From the IMG/VR virus record IMGVR_UViG_3300014824_000003: a stretch of DNA of 49,820 nucleotides; one strand, written 5' to 3'. The translations under genes were made by a program, and so were the position numbers. Source of the DNA: a virus. This document shows positions 31,675 through 41,945 of this stretch, in pieces (positions within the stretch are counted from its first letter, which is position 1; each line of letters begins with the position of its first letter). The notes beneath the pieces were generated by a model. That model saw only the letters and a list, made by a program, of their open reading frames with translations, searched no databases and had not been told where the DNA came from.

Positions 31675-32133
31675 TTACTTTGGATAACTTCCGTCAACCG
31701 TCAGATTCCCTTTGATATGGACGTTTCCGCCCGTGGTTATGGATCCGGCGTTTATGGATCCGGAAACTGAAAGATTCCCGGAAACAGAAAGTCCTTCCAT
31801 GTGGACGGAATCGCTCACAATGTCAAGCTGTTTCGATTCTTTATCGTACCGGATATAACTTCCGTCGCCGAAATCTTTTCGCCAGATTCCTTTTTTTCCT
31901 TCTGGCGGACGGTTTCCTTTCGTGTACGGCGGAACAAGGATCATTCCGCGCGTGCCGCCGTTCGGAAGGTGGACGACGTAAACAAGCGTGTCCGTTTCCG
32001 GCGGATCGTATTCGTTAGAAGCAAAAGGAAGGTAAGGCGAAACCGCATTGTCGCGGTCTTTATAAACCACCTGGGCCGTTCCTTCTGCGTAGTTAACATT
32101 TGAAATATAACCCACTCTGATAATATCAGACAT
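31675..32133 (-). CDS. Baseplate spike/assembly protein V-like
   Basis: OB-like N-terminus (GYISNVNYAEGTAQVVYKD...) and a beta-helical C-terminus (LSVSGNLSVSGSINAGSITTGGNVHIKGNLTVDG). Confidence 0.6.
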   Translation of the reverse strand: MSDIIRVGYISNVNYAEGTAQVVYKDRDNAVSPYLPFASNEYDPPETDTLVYVVHLPNGGTRGMILVPPYTKGNRPPEGKKGIWRKDFGDGSYIRYDKESKQLDIVSDSVHMEGLSVSGNLSVSGSINAGSITTGGNVHIKGNLTVDGSYPK

Positions 32134-32146
32134 ACGTTTTCGCCCC

Positions 32147-33412
32147 CTATCCTGGAATTGTTAATGTGGTTCCTGGATAAATCCAGTGTCCGTTGCTCGA
32201 AGAAGATTTTCCATGTGACTTCGCGGTCGATTCTATGGTTCCGGAATTCGCGTTGTATATTTGCATGTACTTTGCACCGGATCCAAGAAACTTCGTGCTG
32301 ATTCTCCACAATGTATCGCCGGAAACAATCGTGTATCTCTTTCCGGCCGTTGAAGAAGAAGCCGCTTTTTTGACTGTATCGCCCGAAAGAACCGTCGCAA
32401 CAGTTACGCCTTTAACAATAATGCAAAGGTGGGCTTCCAGCGTGCAATAATAGCCGTTTCCGGCGTCCTTGCTGTGTGATACCGTGTCGATATAATATTT
32501 TCCGTCAAGCTTTCCGAAGCCTTCAAGCTTCATGCACTTACTGGATATGTATTTCGTGTCGCCTTTCACTTTCAAATTTGCCGTCTGGCACTTTCTGTTA
32601 TGTTCAAGTAGCTTCGATTTTGCTTTGATCTCTGCGTCTTGTAGGCTTTCCGCGGTTTCATTCAGTTTCAGAATTCGGCTTCCATTCTTTAACATGAATT
32701 TATATTTCAATGTCTGGTTCTTCTTTGAATCAGTATAGGAAATCGAAACGCCGTCATACATTCGTGTAAGACTGTAAGTAAACGACCAGCTTTCGCAATT
32801 TTCTTTTTTCAACGTAAAGCTGGCCGGTTTCTTTTCATATTCTGTCTGATCGAATGTGACAATCTTCTTGTTATAAAGTTTCATGGCCAGGTTATAGGAA
32901 CTGCAAAGTTCGAACGCAAAATTCACGTCTTCTTTGTCTGACTGTTCCAGTTCGTCGATCGGATAGTCCTGGCCGGAAAAATACAGTCCGATTTTCGCGG
33001 AAGAAGCTATCGAAGAAAGGATTCCTTTGACCGACGTTTTCTTCCATGTCTTACTTTTTTTCGTGACATTAAAGTCAGTATTGATCGGCGTTGATATTCC
33101 GCCGATTGAAGCAACCGAAGGCGGCCCCGAAAAGCTCAAATCGTCGATCAGGAAATATCCACAATCGAACTTCCGGTTGTCGCCTTCTTTGTTCCAGTTT
33201 GTTAATTTAATTATTGTTTTAACGGAATCCCCCTGAACGGGGATCCAGCTTCCCGACCACTTTCCGCTTCTGTTGTTAAGCTTCAAAGTCACCGTGTCGG
33301 CCGATCCGCTGGCGTTGTCAACATAAGAAAAACCTTCTATGTAGTCCGTTATGGTTTTCGTAATGTCTTTATCGTTGTATTTGACTACAACGGACGCCTG
33401 ACGTGCTTTCAT
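32147..33412 (-). CDS. Late control D/baseplate hub-like protein with C-terminal LysM
   Basis: N-terminus VVVKYNDKDITKTITDYIEGFSYVDNASGSADTVTLKL is gpD-like. C-terminus YTIVSGDTLWRISTKFLG...IYNAN is LysM-like. Confidence 0.65.
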   Translation of the reverse strand: MKARQASVVVKYNDKDITKTITDYIEGFSYVDNASGSADTVTLKLNNRSGKWSGSWIPVQGDSVKTIIKLTNWNKEGDNRKFDCGYFLIDDLSFSGPPSVASIGGISTPINTDFNVTKKSKTWKKTSVKGILSSIASSAKIGLYFSGQDYPIDELEQSDKEDVNFAFELCSSYNLAMKLYNKKIVTFDQTEYEKKPASFTLKKENCESWSFTYSLTRMYDGVSISYTDSKKNQTLKYKFMLKNGSRILKLNETAESLQDAEIKAKSKLLEHNRKCQTANLKVKGDTKYISSKCMKLEGFGKLDGKYYIDTVSHSKDAGNGYYCTLEAHLCIIVKGVTVATVLSGDTVKKAASSSTAGKRYTIVSGDTLWRISTKFLGSGAKYMQIYNANSGTIESTAKSHGKSSSSNGHWIYPGTTLTIPG

Positions 33413-33415
33413 GGT

Positions 33416-33625
33416 TTACAATCTCCATTCCGGAATATCTTCGTCTTCTTCGTCCGGAAGTTCCGGAATATATACCTTCGTTCCGGCCGAAAAGACAAAA
33501 ATATCAAGTAGATCCTGGTTATTCTCAAAAAGAAGGCCTATGTATTTCGTGTCGCCGTAAAACTGATAGGCGATAGAATCCCACATGTCACCTTGAACGG
33601 TTGTGTAATATCTGTTTTCGTCCAC
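33416..33625 (-). CDS. Tail protein X-like (LysM)
   Basis: YTTVQGDMWDSIAYQFYGDTKYIGLLFENN; 69 aa; follows the TMP. Confidence 0.65.
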   Translation of the reverse strand: MDENRYYTTVQGDMWDSIAYQFYGDTKYIGLLFENNQDLLDIFVFSAGTKVYIPELPDEEDEDIPEWRL

Positions 33626-33642
33626 ACATTAAGCCCCCTTTC

Positions 33643-36600
33643 TTACGCGAAAGAAACACGTCTGTTTTGCCGTTCATATTCCGCCATCATGGCGTTAAAT
33701 TTCTCCTGGGACATATCAAGCGCGGATTGTACGTCTTCCTTGCTTGCGTTGCCCTGAATAATGATCTGCGGCTGATAAACGATCTTCGAAGAATTATCCG
33801 AAGAATTCTTTTCGCTTGATTTGTTCACGGTGTTGTTTGTTGTTATGTTGTTATAAAGTTCCTTTGTTACGGAATCAGTCTGTGTCTGCGGCTGGCTGTT
33901 ACCGTCTGCAAGTTCTGACGCTTGTTTATAGGCTTCTGTTGCCGCGTTCGGTTGGCTTCCCATTACTCCGGCGACAACCGTTTTCATGTTCGACCATAAT
34001 TCAGACAATGGAAGGACTGCTTCCTTGCCGGCTTCTCCGCCACCCAGAAGCGAATTTCCGTTCGCTCCGAATATTGTCGGGCCGGTTAAAATACCGCCGT
34101 TCTTGTACCAGTCAACCGAAATCTTCGGCGCTGTTCCTTTTCCGGCAATTCCCCACGGCGCTTGGCCGCCGGAAATATTGAAATGCGGAATCTTAATGTG
34201 TGGAAGTGACAGCTTCACGTTTGAGAAAAAGCCGCTGATCGCGCTTAAACCACTTCTGACAGTACTTTTCGCGCCTTCCAGTTTTTCGGAAATTCCGCTT
34301 TTTATTGATTCAAACTTCGATAGTGCCGCTGACCTTGCACCTTCCAGTTTTTCGGAAAAGCTATTTTTTAGCTGTTCCAGTTTTCCACCGGTCGCCGTGT
34401 TGATCGCCGACATTACAGTCGAAGTTGTGGTCTGTATTCCGGCCATTGCTCCGGAAACAATACCTTTGATTCCGCCGCCGGCGTTTGTGTATGCGGCTTT
34501 CATGCTATCCAGTCCGCCGCCGGTTACGGTGTTAATAGTTGATAGGGCGCTTGAAGTTATGCTTTGCACTCCGGCCATTGTTCCGGCCATTATGCCCTTG
34601 ATTCCACCGCCGGCGTTTGTATATGCCGACTTCATGGTTTCTAGGTGTGCGCTTGCGTTCGAAGCCGCCTGGGACATTGCGTTTCCGATCGTAGATTTCA
34701 CGTTCGAAAATGCGGTTAAAACATTGGATCCGATCGACGACATTTTTTCAGAAAATTTCGAACGAACTTCTTCAAGCTTTCCGCCGGTCAAATTGTTTAT
34801 GAAAGAATATCCGGCCGTGTAATAGCCTTTTACACCTTCCATAGCGGCCGCGGCTACGCCCCTGATTCCGCCGCCGTTTTCTTCGTAGGCTGATTTGATA
34901 TTGTTCAGTTTTTCGCTGATCGTATCTTTCGCCGCCGACATGATATTTCCGGCGGTTTCCTTCACCTTTGAAAATGCGTCTTTGACCTTATTTTTTATTG
35001 CTGTCAGTTTTCCGCCCGTTGCTACGTCTATCGCATTAAACGCACCGGTCACAACCCCTTTCAGGGCGTTAAGTGGTGCAAGTGCCAGCGACGAAAGGGC
35101 CTTAAATGCGCCAGAAAAGATATTTTTCAATCCTTCAAGTGCTTTCGACCAATCGCCAGTGAAAACGCCGGTAAAAAACTGAATGATTCCCTGGAAAAAT
35201 GTCTTGATTCCGCCGAAAATATTTGTCGCCGTCTGCTTGAAACTTTCAAATACGGACGAAATGAAAGCGAACGCTTCCGGGAATTTATTCGCGAATTCCT
35301 GGATATACTGTGAACATTTTCCCTTGAAATTGTTAAATACATTGACGATCCAGTCGCCAAGTTGCGAAGCTTTTTCCTTTACAGTGTCCCAGTTTTTGTA
35401 TAACAGAACGCCAATCGCAATCACCGCCGTAATGGCGATAATAACAAGGCCGATCGGGCTTGTAAGGAAGGTAAAAGCCGCGCCTAGTGCTGTTGTGACA
35501 GCCGTTCCGACTGCACAAATCGCGTTCCATGCCGTCATTGCCGCCGTCTGCGCCCAGGTTGCCGCTGTGCTGGCTCCCTTGACAATAGCGTCTTTGATAT
35601 ACAGTGCATGGATAGCCGCCGTTTCTGCAAGATCTTTCGCTTTCGCGGCTATATTTGCCAGCATGGCCTTTTTCTGTGCAAGAAATACGGTTACAAGTGC
35701 TTTTGTTGCTGTTACTGCCTGGATTGTATCTTTTGCGAATTTTACCATTTTCATGGCCGCAATAGCCCCAGCAATGCCTATAATAATAGGTTTCAGAAGT
35801 CCCCACTGGTTTAACTTCTGGTAAACCGTCGCCGCCGCGCCGATGATTTTCATAATAGCGCTTACAACCGCCGGAATGGCCGTTGTAGCTATAAAAGTGA
35901 TTGCCGGTTTCGCCGCGTTAAATGCCTGGAATAACTTGTCTTTCAGGTCAAGCGCGACCGTGATCACCTTATCAATCGCCGGTTTGTTGGTTTCGATTGC
36001 TGTTTTGATATTCTGGAAGGCCGTCTTTCCGGTTTCTGCCAGAAATGTAAACGCGTCAGTCGCTTTTGTTCGTATGTCGTCCAGAACCGGCTTCACCTTT
36101 TCGAAGGCCGCTTGTGCTTTCTTTGCGAAATCTTCCGCCGCCGGAACTGCTTTATCATATAAACTCTGGACTACTCCGACCACTTTATCAGTAATCGAAG
36201 GAAGCGCGTCGGCAACGCCTTTTATGGCGTCTTTTGCCATAGGTGCGAACACCTGACACAATCGGATCTTTGCGTCGTCTACGGCCGAATTAAATATCGC
36301 CATAGCCGCCGGAAGTGTATCGTTCATCTGGTTCGCCATATTCATAAGCGCGCCGTCTGAATTGTCGAAGGCTTCTGTTAATGACGTCCACGTCGAAGCC
36401 GCGCCGTCTGCCCCTTCTTTTACGCCTTCCAGCAAATATCCAAACTGTGTATAGTAGTTTGTGCCGGCAATAGCCGACATGTAGTTGTTTTTCTGTTCCT
36501 GGGTAAGTCCGGACATTGCGCCGTTTAATTCAACAAGAATATCTTGCATATTTCGCATTTGACCGGAACTATCGTATATCGAAACACCCAGTTCCTTAAA

Positions 36601-37329
36601 CGCTTTCTGCGCTACGTCCTTCGTCGTCATACGGACTAACATTGAATTCAACGCTGTTCCAGCTTCGGCGCCCTTGACACCATTGTTCGCCAAGATTCCC
36701 AGCGCGGCGGCCGTTTGTTTATAGTCCATTCCGGCCGACTTTGCGGCACCACCGCACCTGATCATAGCTTCCATTAAAGCCTGGGCCGTGGTGTTAGACT
36801 TATTATTCGCCTGACATGTAACGTTCAGATAGTCCGTCAACTGATCCGCCGTCAGGCCTAACGCACTCATTGAGTCGGTGACAAGATCCGAGCATGTCGC
36901 CAGATCCATTTGTGTAGCTTCTGAAAGTCGAAGAACCGGTTCCAGGGAAGCAATCGAAGTATCGACGTCCCACCCGGCAAGCGCCATATATCCAAGCGCT
37001 TCCGAAGCTTCCGTCGCCGTCTTTGTCGTCTTCTTTCCCATTTCCAGCGCGGCGTTTTCCAGCTTTTTCATTTGTTCTTCATTCGCCCCGGCGATCGCGG
37101 ACGTGTTCGCCATTGCCTGGTTGAAATCCGAATATGTGCTTACCGCGTCTTTTACGAAATCGCCGACCTTAACGGCCGCGAAGGCGGCTGTTGCTATCTT
37201 CGCGGCTGTCTTTGCGGCTTTTCCGATAGAATCCAGCTTTTTATTAACTCCGCCGACACTTTTTTCAAGTGAACTTTGAATCTTTCCGCCAATCTCAAGC
37301 GCTAATTCATACTTTGTTTTGCTTGCCAA
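33643..37329 (-). CDS. Tape measure protein (TTG start)
   Basis: 1228 aa, Ala-rich and helical with TM segments and internal repeats (AYTNAGGGIKGI...INTxTGGKL, 3 copies). Position follows the chaperone. Confidence 0.9.
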   Translation of the reverse strand: MASKTKYELALEIGGKIQSSLEKSVGGVNKKLDSIGKAAKTAAKIATAAFAAVKVGDFVKDAVSTYSDFNQAMANTSAIAGANEEQMKKLENAALEMGKKTTKTATEASEALGYMALAGWDVDTSIASLEPVLRLSEATQMDLATCSDLVTDSMSALGLTADQLTDYLNVTCQANNKSNTTAQALMEAMIRCGGAAKSAGMDYKQTAAALGILANNGVKGAEAGTALNSMLVRMTTKDVAQKAFKELGVSIYDSSGQMRNMQDILVELNGAMSGLTQEQKNNYMSAIAGTNYYTQFGYLLEGVKEGADGAASTWTSLTEAFDNSDGALMNMANQMNDTLPAAMAIFNSAVDDAKIRLCQVFAPMAKDAIKGVADALPSITDKVVGVVQSLYDKAVPAAEDFAKKAQAAFEKVKPVLDDIRTKATDAFTFLAETGKTAFQNIKTAIETNKPAIDKVITVALDLKDKLFQAFNAAKPAITFIATTAIPAVVSAIMKIIGAAATVYQKLNQWGLLKPIIIGIAGAIAAMKMVKFAKDTIQAVTATKALVTVFLAQKKAMLANIAAKAKDLAETAAIHALYIKDAIVKGASTAATWAQTAAMTAWNAICAVGTAVTTALGAAFTFLTSPIGLVIIAITAVIAIGVLLYKNWDTVKEKASQLGDWIVNVFNNFKGKCSQYIQEFANKFPEAFAFISSVFESFKQTATNIFGGIKTFFQGIIQFFTGVFTGDWSKALEGLKNIFSGAFKALSSLALAPLNALKGVVTGAFNAIDVATGGKLTAIKNKVKDAFSKVKETAGNIMSAAKDTISEKLNNIKSAYEENGGGIRGVAAAAMEGVKGYYTAGYSFINNLTGGKLEEVRSKFSEKMSSIGSNVLTAFSNVKSTIGNAMSQAASNASAHLETMKSAYTNAGGGIKGIMAGTMAGVQSITSSALSTINTVTGGGLDSMKAAYTNAGGGIKGIVSGAMAGIQTTTSTVMSAINTATGGKLEQLKNSFSEKLEGARSAALSKFESIKSGISEKLEGAKSTVRSGLSAISGFFSNVKLSLPHIKIPHFNISGGQAPWGIAGKGTAPKISVDWYKNGGILTGPTIFGANGNSLLGGGEAGKEAVLPLSELWSNMKTVVAGVMGSQPNAATEAYKQASELADGNSQPQTQTDSVTKELYNNITTNNTVNKSSEKNSSDNSSKIVYQPQIIIQGNASKEDVQSALDMSQEKFNAMMAEYERQNRRVSFA

Positions 37330-37480
37330 TATCGTTCACTTCCTTCGCTACGTCGATGAATTCATCAATCGGAAGATCTGTGAAAAAATCAATACCGGTA
37401 TGTGTAGCCATCGCAAGATATACGCTGGTTTTCTGTATATCCTGGCCGGAATCATGTCTTATTCGTCTTTGTAGAAAAAA
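37307..37480 (-). CDS. -1 frameshift extension of the tail assembly chaperone (gpGT-like)
   Basis: Slippery T TTT TTC at 37480-37474. The -1 frame stays open to TGA 37309-37307 and encodes ...SGQDIQKTSVYLAMATHTGIDFFTDLPIDEFIDVAKEVN... Confidence 0.7.
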   Translation of the reverse strand, partial: FFLQRRIRHDSGQDIQKTSVYLAMATHTGIDFFTDLPIDEFIDVAKEVNDIGKQNKV

Positions 37481-37869
37481 CCTGTCACGACATTTTTGAT
37501 CTTTTCGATCTCGTAACCCGGAAGATCTTCGAAGAATTCGGCCGGTAAACCAGTTACCTTCGTGGCTACGATCTTCGCGTAAGTCGTTGTTGTTTCCGGC
37601 ATAAAGCTGGAAATTCCCGTCTTATTGAAAGCTTTTTCAATAGCCGTAAGGTCACGGCCGCGAATGTCTTCCAGGGCGTGAAGGTCAAGTTTTTCATAAA
37701 TTTCGCCTTCGAAATCGAAAGGTTTTCTGAACTTCACGATCAGATCGTCGTCTTCGCTCTCTTTCTTCGGAAGAAGGGCGTTTTCCGCCCCTTCCGGTAC
37801 GTTTGCGACCGGAATATCCGCGGTCACGTCTTCCCTTGCTGTTACTTCGTAATTATCTTCTTTGCTCAT
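37459..37869 (-). CDS. Tail assembly chaperone (gpG-like)
   Basis: 136 aa, between the tube and TMP genes. Confidence 0.75.
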   Translation of the reverse strand: MSKEDNYEVTAREDVTADIPVANVPEGAENALLPKKESEDDDLIVKFRKPFDFEGEIYEKLDLHALEDIRGRDLTAIEKAFNKTGISSFMPETTTTYAKIVATKVTGLPAEFFEDLPGYEIEKIKNVVTGFFYKDE

Positions 37870-37889
37870 ATGCTTATTTCCTCACTTTC

Positions 37890-38405
37890 CTAGATCTGGG
37901 ATCTTACTTTCTGTAAACGGTCAACGCCGTTAAGTTTCCAGATCAGATTATATTTATCAAGTTCAAGGACGGTCGTTCCGCCGATCTGAATTTTACAGTA
38001 AGTAATTTCACGAACGACTTTCGGTTCTCCCTTGCCGCCTTTTTTCAGGCTTCCAAGTTCGAACGACTTCACCTTTCCTTTTGTTGTTACGACCAGGCCT
38101 TCAAAATCGTTTGTCTGTGTTGCTGTGTTCAGCACTTGCATAGATCCGCGATATGTGACATTTCCAGTCTGTGTAATGAAATCAAACATTTCTCTACTAA
38201 TGTTCTGAAATGTTGTTTCTGTTTCAAGCGATCCGAAGCTTCCTTCGATAGCTTCTTCGATCTCGCCGCCGATTCCGGCGCCGTCGATCGTTTCCGTCAT
38301 GTACTCGAAACTAGGAAGAGAAACTTCGCTTGAAACTCCGACGTACTTATGACCGGATCCGTATGTGTTAAAGTTGTTTAACACGGTAGGAATTTTATAT
38401 CCCAT
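37890..38405 (-). CDS. Tail tube protein
   Basis: 171 aa, immediately after the sheath gene. Confidence 0.75.
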   Translation of the reverse strand: MGYKIPTVLNNFNTYGSGHKYVGVSSEVSLPSFEYMTETIDGAGIGGEIEEAIEGSFGSLETETTFQNISREMFDFITQTGNVTYRGSMQVLNTATQTNDFEGLVVTTKGKVKSFELGSLKKGGKGEPKVVREITYCKIQIGGTTVLELDKYNLIWKLNGVDRLQKVRSQI

Positions 38406-39877
38406 TATTCAGCACCCCCTTCAAGTGCGGCCTGGGTAATGGTAGGATCGAATTCAAATACGTTTTCGATGTCTTCCGCCGGTACATAGCCGCCGATTCT
38501 TGTATGGAACTTAATGTGTCCGCCCAGGATATTCGCGATCGGATTTTCTTCGTGATCGAATACGATTTCGCCGCCGGCTATATCGTCGGATCCCTGAAGG
38601 CCGTTCAACTGAATGTTGAATCCGGAAACTACTTCGTCAATCAGTCTGTAATTTGTCAGATCGTCCACGTTCTGGAAGAACGAAAGTTTGAAGTTGTTTT
38701 CGATGTAATCGAAAATAGTTACAATGTTGATCCATCTGTCGATCGGATCTGTTGAAGACGGGTAAGCCGCGGTATTATTTCCCCAAGCTTTCCAGCCGTT
38801 CATATTGATCGCGGTAACTACGCCGCAAGCGTTACAATAATCGTTCGCTTCGTCCATATCCAGGATAATTTCATCGCCGGCCTTGTTGTAGGTTCCGGTG
38901 ATTTTAAGATCCTTATTTGAAGGACTCCTTGAAGGAACGCCGCTGTTATTTGCGGCTAAATACTGTAAGCTTGCCGCAAGCTGGGCGGAAAAGTAATAAA
39001 CATAATCGCCGACGCCAACAAGCGGCCATGTCGGAATTGTGTTTCTGTCGGAATATCCGGACTTATCCTTAAATTCCTTTACTTCGTCCGCTGATTCTGC
39101 CTTTTCTGCGTCTGTGTCAATATCTGATACGACCTTCGCTGTGAAAAGGGAAGAAATCAGGTTCGCTTTTGCGTTAAGCGCAAGATTTACCGCCGGAATG
39201 TGCGACCAGCCAGGCGCCAGAAGCAAAGAAGGAACGATTCCGTATTTCGGATAGATGTTTCCGATCAGTTCCATTCCGGTTTTCTTTTTTGAAGAAACGT
39301 CATAGCTTCCGATCACGTCCTGATATGTAACCTTTGAAGGATCAATCTGAACGTAAGTCACTTTTACTTTCTTCGCGCTCTTTGCGGCTCCGGTTGCTAC
39401 GATTGCGATTGAAACTGTACCGTCTGAATTGAAAGAAGCGATATAGTCTTCGTCTGCTTTGTAGCTTGTTCCGCCGTTTTCGTCAGATACGGAAAGCTTA
39501 TCCATAAGGATTCCGGTTTCTGTAACCTTTGCTGTTCCGCCTACGACGTCGAATGTCTTTGAAAGCTCCGCTGATACATGCTTCTTCGGATCCAGAACGT
39601 TAATAAGCACGATCGGGGCAACTCCGAAGACGTCGAATGTCGCGTAAACACTCTGACATAATGTGTAATTCTCGAAATCGTCGCTATATCCCAGGGCGGA
39701 AATCGCGTCCGCCTTCTTGTATGCGACGAAAGGCTTATTCACTGTGTCGTAAGGATCGGCGGCAAGGTTGACCGGTGCCGTTCCGATGATGCACTGTAAA
39801 CAGCCGTCGGACGTTACCGGTGTGGCTAACTGTGTAGCCTGGCGGCTTGTCCTGATACCATGTTTGTAATTAGACAT
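38405..39877 (-). CDS. Contractile tail sheath protein
   Basis: 490 aa; size and synteny fit a sheath protein. Confidence 0.8.
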   Translation of the reverse strand: MSNYKHGIRTSRQATQLATPVTSDGCLQCIIGTAPVNLAADPYDTVNKPFVAYKKADAISALGYSDDFENYTLCQSVYATFDVFGVAPIVLINVLDPKKHVSAELSKTFDVVGGTAKVTETGILMDKLSVSDENGGTSYKADEDYIASFNSDGTVSIAIVATGAAKSAKKVKVTYVQIDPSKVTYQDVIGSYDVSSKKKTGMELIGNIYPKYGIVPSLLLAPGWSHIPAVNLALNAKANLISSLFTAKVVSDIDTDAEKAESADEVKEFKDKSGYSDRNTIPTWPLVGVGDYVYYFSAQLAASLQYLAANNSGVPSRSPSNKDLKITGTYNKAGDEIILDMDEANDYCNACGVVTAINMNGWKAWGNNTAAYPSSTDPIDRWINIVTIFDYIENNFKLSFFQNVDDLTNYRLIDEVVSGFNIQLNGLQGSDDIAGGEIVFDHEENPIANILGGHIKFHTRIGGYVPAEDIENVFEFDPTITQAALEGGAE

Positions 39878-39883
39878 AGCTTT

Positions 39884-40156
39884 TTACTCTCCTTCCGTAA
39901 ACTCTTTTACTTCCGCTTCGCTGATCTCTGCGATTTTATCGAAGGCGATCGCTTCCGCTGTTCCTTCGACGCGGATATTCTTCGAAACGTCCACAATGTT
40001 TTCAAGTGGAACGATCAAATTCTGAATGATAGGCTTCTTTCCGGCGATCTTTTCAAGATTCTTCGGAATTCCACCTTCAAAAACAGCGCCGTTTTTAACG
40101 ACGCCGCGAATTGTAGGCCCTAAATACATGACCTTTTTATTTTCTTTCCTAGTCAT
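39884..40156 (-). CDS. Hypothetical protein (90 aa)
   Basis: ORF track. Confidence 0.5.
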   Translation of the reverse strand: MTRKENKKVMYLGPTIRGVVKNGAVFEGGIPKNLEKIAGKKPIIQNLIVPLENIVDVSKNIRVEGTAEAIAFDKIAEISEAEVKEFTEGE

Positions 40157-40616
40157 ATTCGGTTTCCCTCATTTCCATTTTACTAACGTCCCATAAAGTA
40201 GACATTCCGCCGATAAACTTCGGCCAGGTGTCTTCTTCCTGGAACTTCTTTGTGATCGGGAACTGGATTCTGTATCGCTGATCTATCAGACGATCTTTCA
40301 GGAATCTGTCTTGTAATTTATTTAAGACATTCGCAACGTCAAAATGTCCCTGGCGGTTCGGGTTCTGATCCTGGATTCCAACCAGGAAATAGATTGAACA
40401 AATATTGTTTGAATCTTCCCCAGCGATCGTTTCTTCGTCCAGGCACACCAGCACGTAAGGAAAGTGGTCTTTGTCATTCTTCCCTTGCTTTGCTGGTAAA
40501 TTCTGTGGATAGACGTTGAATTCTACCATTTCGCCATTGTTTAACGTGACATATCCTTTCAGTTCTTCTTTCACAACTTCAACAAGTGTCTTCTGTAAAA
40601 AAATATCTGTCTGCAT
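40149..40616 (-). CDS. Putative tail completion/neck protein
   Basis: 155 aa; assigned by position only. Confidence 0.35.
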   Translation of the reverse strand: MQTDIFLQKTLVEVVKEELKGYVTLNNGEMVEFNVYPQNLPAKQGKNDKDHFPYVLVCLDEETIAGEDSNNICSIYFLVGIQDQNPNRQGHFDVANVLNKLQDRFLKDRLIDQRYRIQFPITKKFQEEDTWPKFIGGMSTLWDVSKMEMRETEYD

Positions 40617-40619
40617 GTC

Positions 40620-41207
40620 TTACCCCCTTCGCAAAAGGTTGTTGATCTCCGCGTCAATTCGCTTTTGAAGCGTTTCGTTTGCGTCGCGGTTGATCTTATC
40701 CATAATGTCTTCATTCTTCACCATCTGCGGAACAGACGGGCCGTATAGCTGTTTGATCGGAAGGCTTTTCGCGGACGTTCTGGAAAAAACGCCGATGTGT
40801 CCGGATTTCATAACAGCAACGAAAGACTTCGGGTTTCCGTCCAGCGGCTTTACGCCGCCGGCCTTCTTAACACCGGCACGATATACCTTCGGCGATCTGG
40901 ACGCCCCACGGTATCGAACCGGTGTTTTGGGATTTACCTTGAATTTTGACAAGGCAATTCCGGCACCTTGCGAAATTGCCGCGGCTTGAAGCCGTGACTT
41001 TGTGGCTTTTGTGACATTGACAGTCTTTTTCACTTCGCCGGACGTGATAAAATACCTTTCCGACGTTTCTTTTCCCATATTCTTCTTTACGTTCTGAATC
41101 GCCCTATTGATTGCCCTGGAAACAACCGTCGGGGCGTTCTTTTTCATGTTTCCTAAACGTTTTTCAACGTCTTCAATGCCGGAAACCTTTATTTCCGAAA
41201 CGATCAA
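40620..41207 (-). CDS. HK97 gp10-family neck protein
   Basis: ...VVSRAINRAIQNVKKNMGKETS... pattern and position. Confidence 0.5.
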   Translation of the reverse strand: MIVSEIKVSGIEDVEKRLGNMKKNAPTVVSRAINRAIQNVKKNMGKETSERYFITSGEVKKTVNVTKATKSRLQAAAISQGAGIALSKFKVNPKTPVRYRGASRSPKVYRAGVKKAGGVKPLDGNPKSFVAVMKSGHIGVFSRTSAKSLPIKQLYGPSVPQMVKNEDIMDKINRDANETLQKRIDAEINNLLRRG

Positions 41208-41530
41208 TCTTCGTTACCTGATAGAATGATCGTATAGCCGCCCATATCTTCATTAACAGTTTTGATCGGGTAGATCTCTCCGTCGAAGGATAAGTGTTGA
41301 CCGGCCACCGGTTCAAATTCCAGGTATTTTTTTTGTACGAAAATCATTTTATCGTCGGTGAATATTCCGTCGGCGTCCGCATGTTTTCCAAGTGAAAGCG
41401 CGATAATTATGTCGTTATCAACTACGACCGGAACTTCATTTCCTTGCAATTCGTGAATTTCCGCGAATTCGTCCGTATTGAAGAATGTGGTTTCAAAATC
41501 TTTTTCAAGCTGTTCTTTGAAGCTTTTCAT
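41204..41530 (-). CDS. Putative head-tail adaptor
   Basis: 108 aa; assigned by position only. Confidence 0.35.
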   Translation of the reverse strand: MKSFKEQLEKDFETTFFNTDEFAEIHELQGNEVPVVVDNDIIIALSLGKHADADGIFTDDKMIFVQKKYLEFEPVAGQHLSFDGEIYPIKTVNEDMGGYTIILSGNED

Positions 41531-41934
41531 TACTTGTCGGATCCGTCGTCAGAACCAGCTTCCATTTCTTCCTGAAAATTGATAACTGTTTCTTTCAGAT
41601 TGTCCAGGGCCTTGTCTTTGTAATCTTCGCCAAGATCAAGCCCGATAGAAGCCGCGTATTGTGCAACGTCGGCCTTTGAGCGAAGCTTCATGATCTCGTC
41701 AGCGCTTTTCAGGCTGTCTACATCGCCGAACCCGTCTGTGAATCCGTCATTGTCCGGATCTTCGTCGGAATCTTCCGCCGCAAGCGTTGCCAGCGGATCA
41801 GCGTCTACAACCTCAACGAATTTTTTTCTTTTAAGGAACGCAAGATCAAGCGGTGAAATATCTTCCGGAAGGATTGTTCCAGGAAGGTATTTCTTGCCGC
41901 CGGTTCTTACCTCGATTTTTGTTCTGTATGCCAT
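41530..41934 (-). CDS. Acidic protein with HeH/Rho-N-like motif
   Basis: SADEIMKLRSKADVAQYAASIGLDL; follows the capsid gene. Confidence 0.4.
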   Translation of the reverse strand: MAYRTKIEVRTGGKKYLPGTILPEDISPLDLAFLKRKKFVEVVDADPLATLAAEDSDEDPDNDGFTDGFGDVDSLKSADEIMKLRSKADVAQYAASIGLDLGEDYKDKALDNLKETVINFQEEMEAGSDDGSDK

Positions 41935-41945
41935 ATAATCGCCCC

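Noticed and set aside
33816-37279. Several long plus-strand ORFs (up to 278 aa) inside the tape measure region
   Set aside because: They are antisense to a 1228-aa Ala/Gly-rich gene, and such composition keeps the opposite strand open. They have no RBS and low-complexity products.
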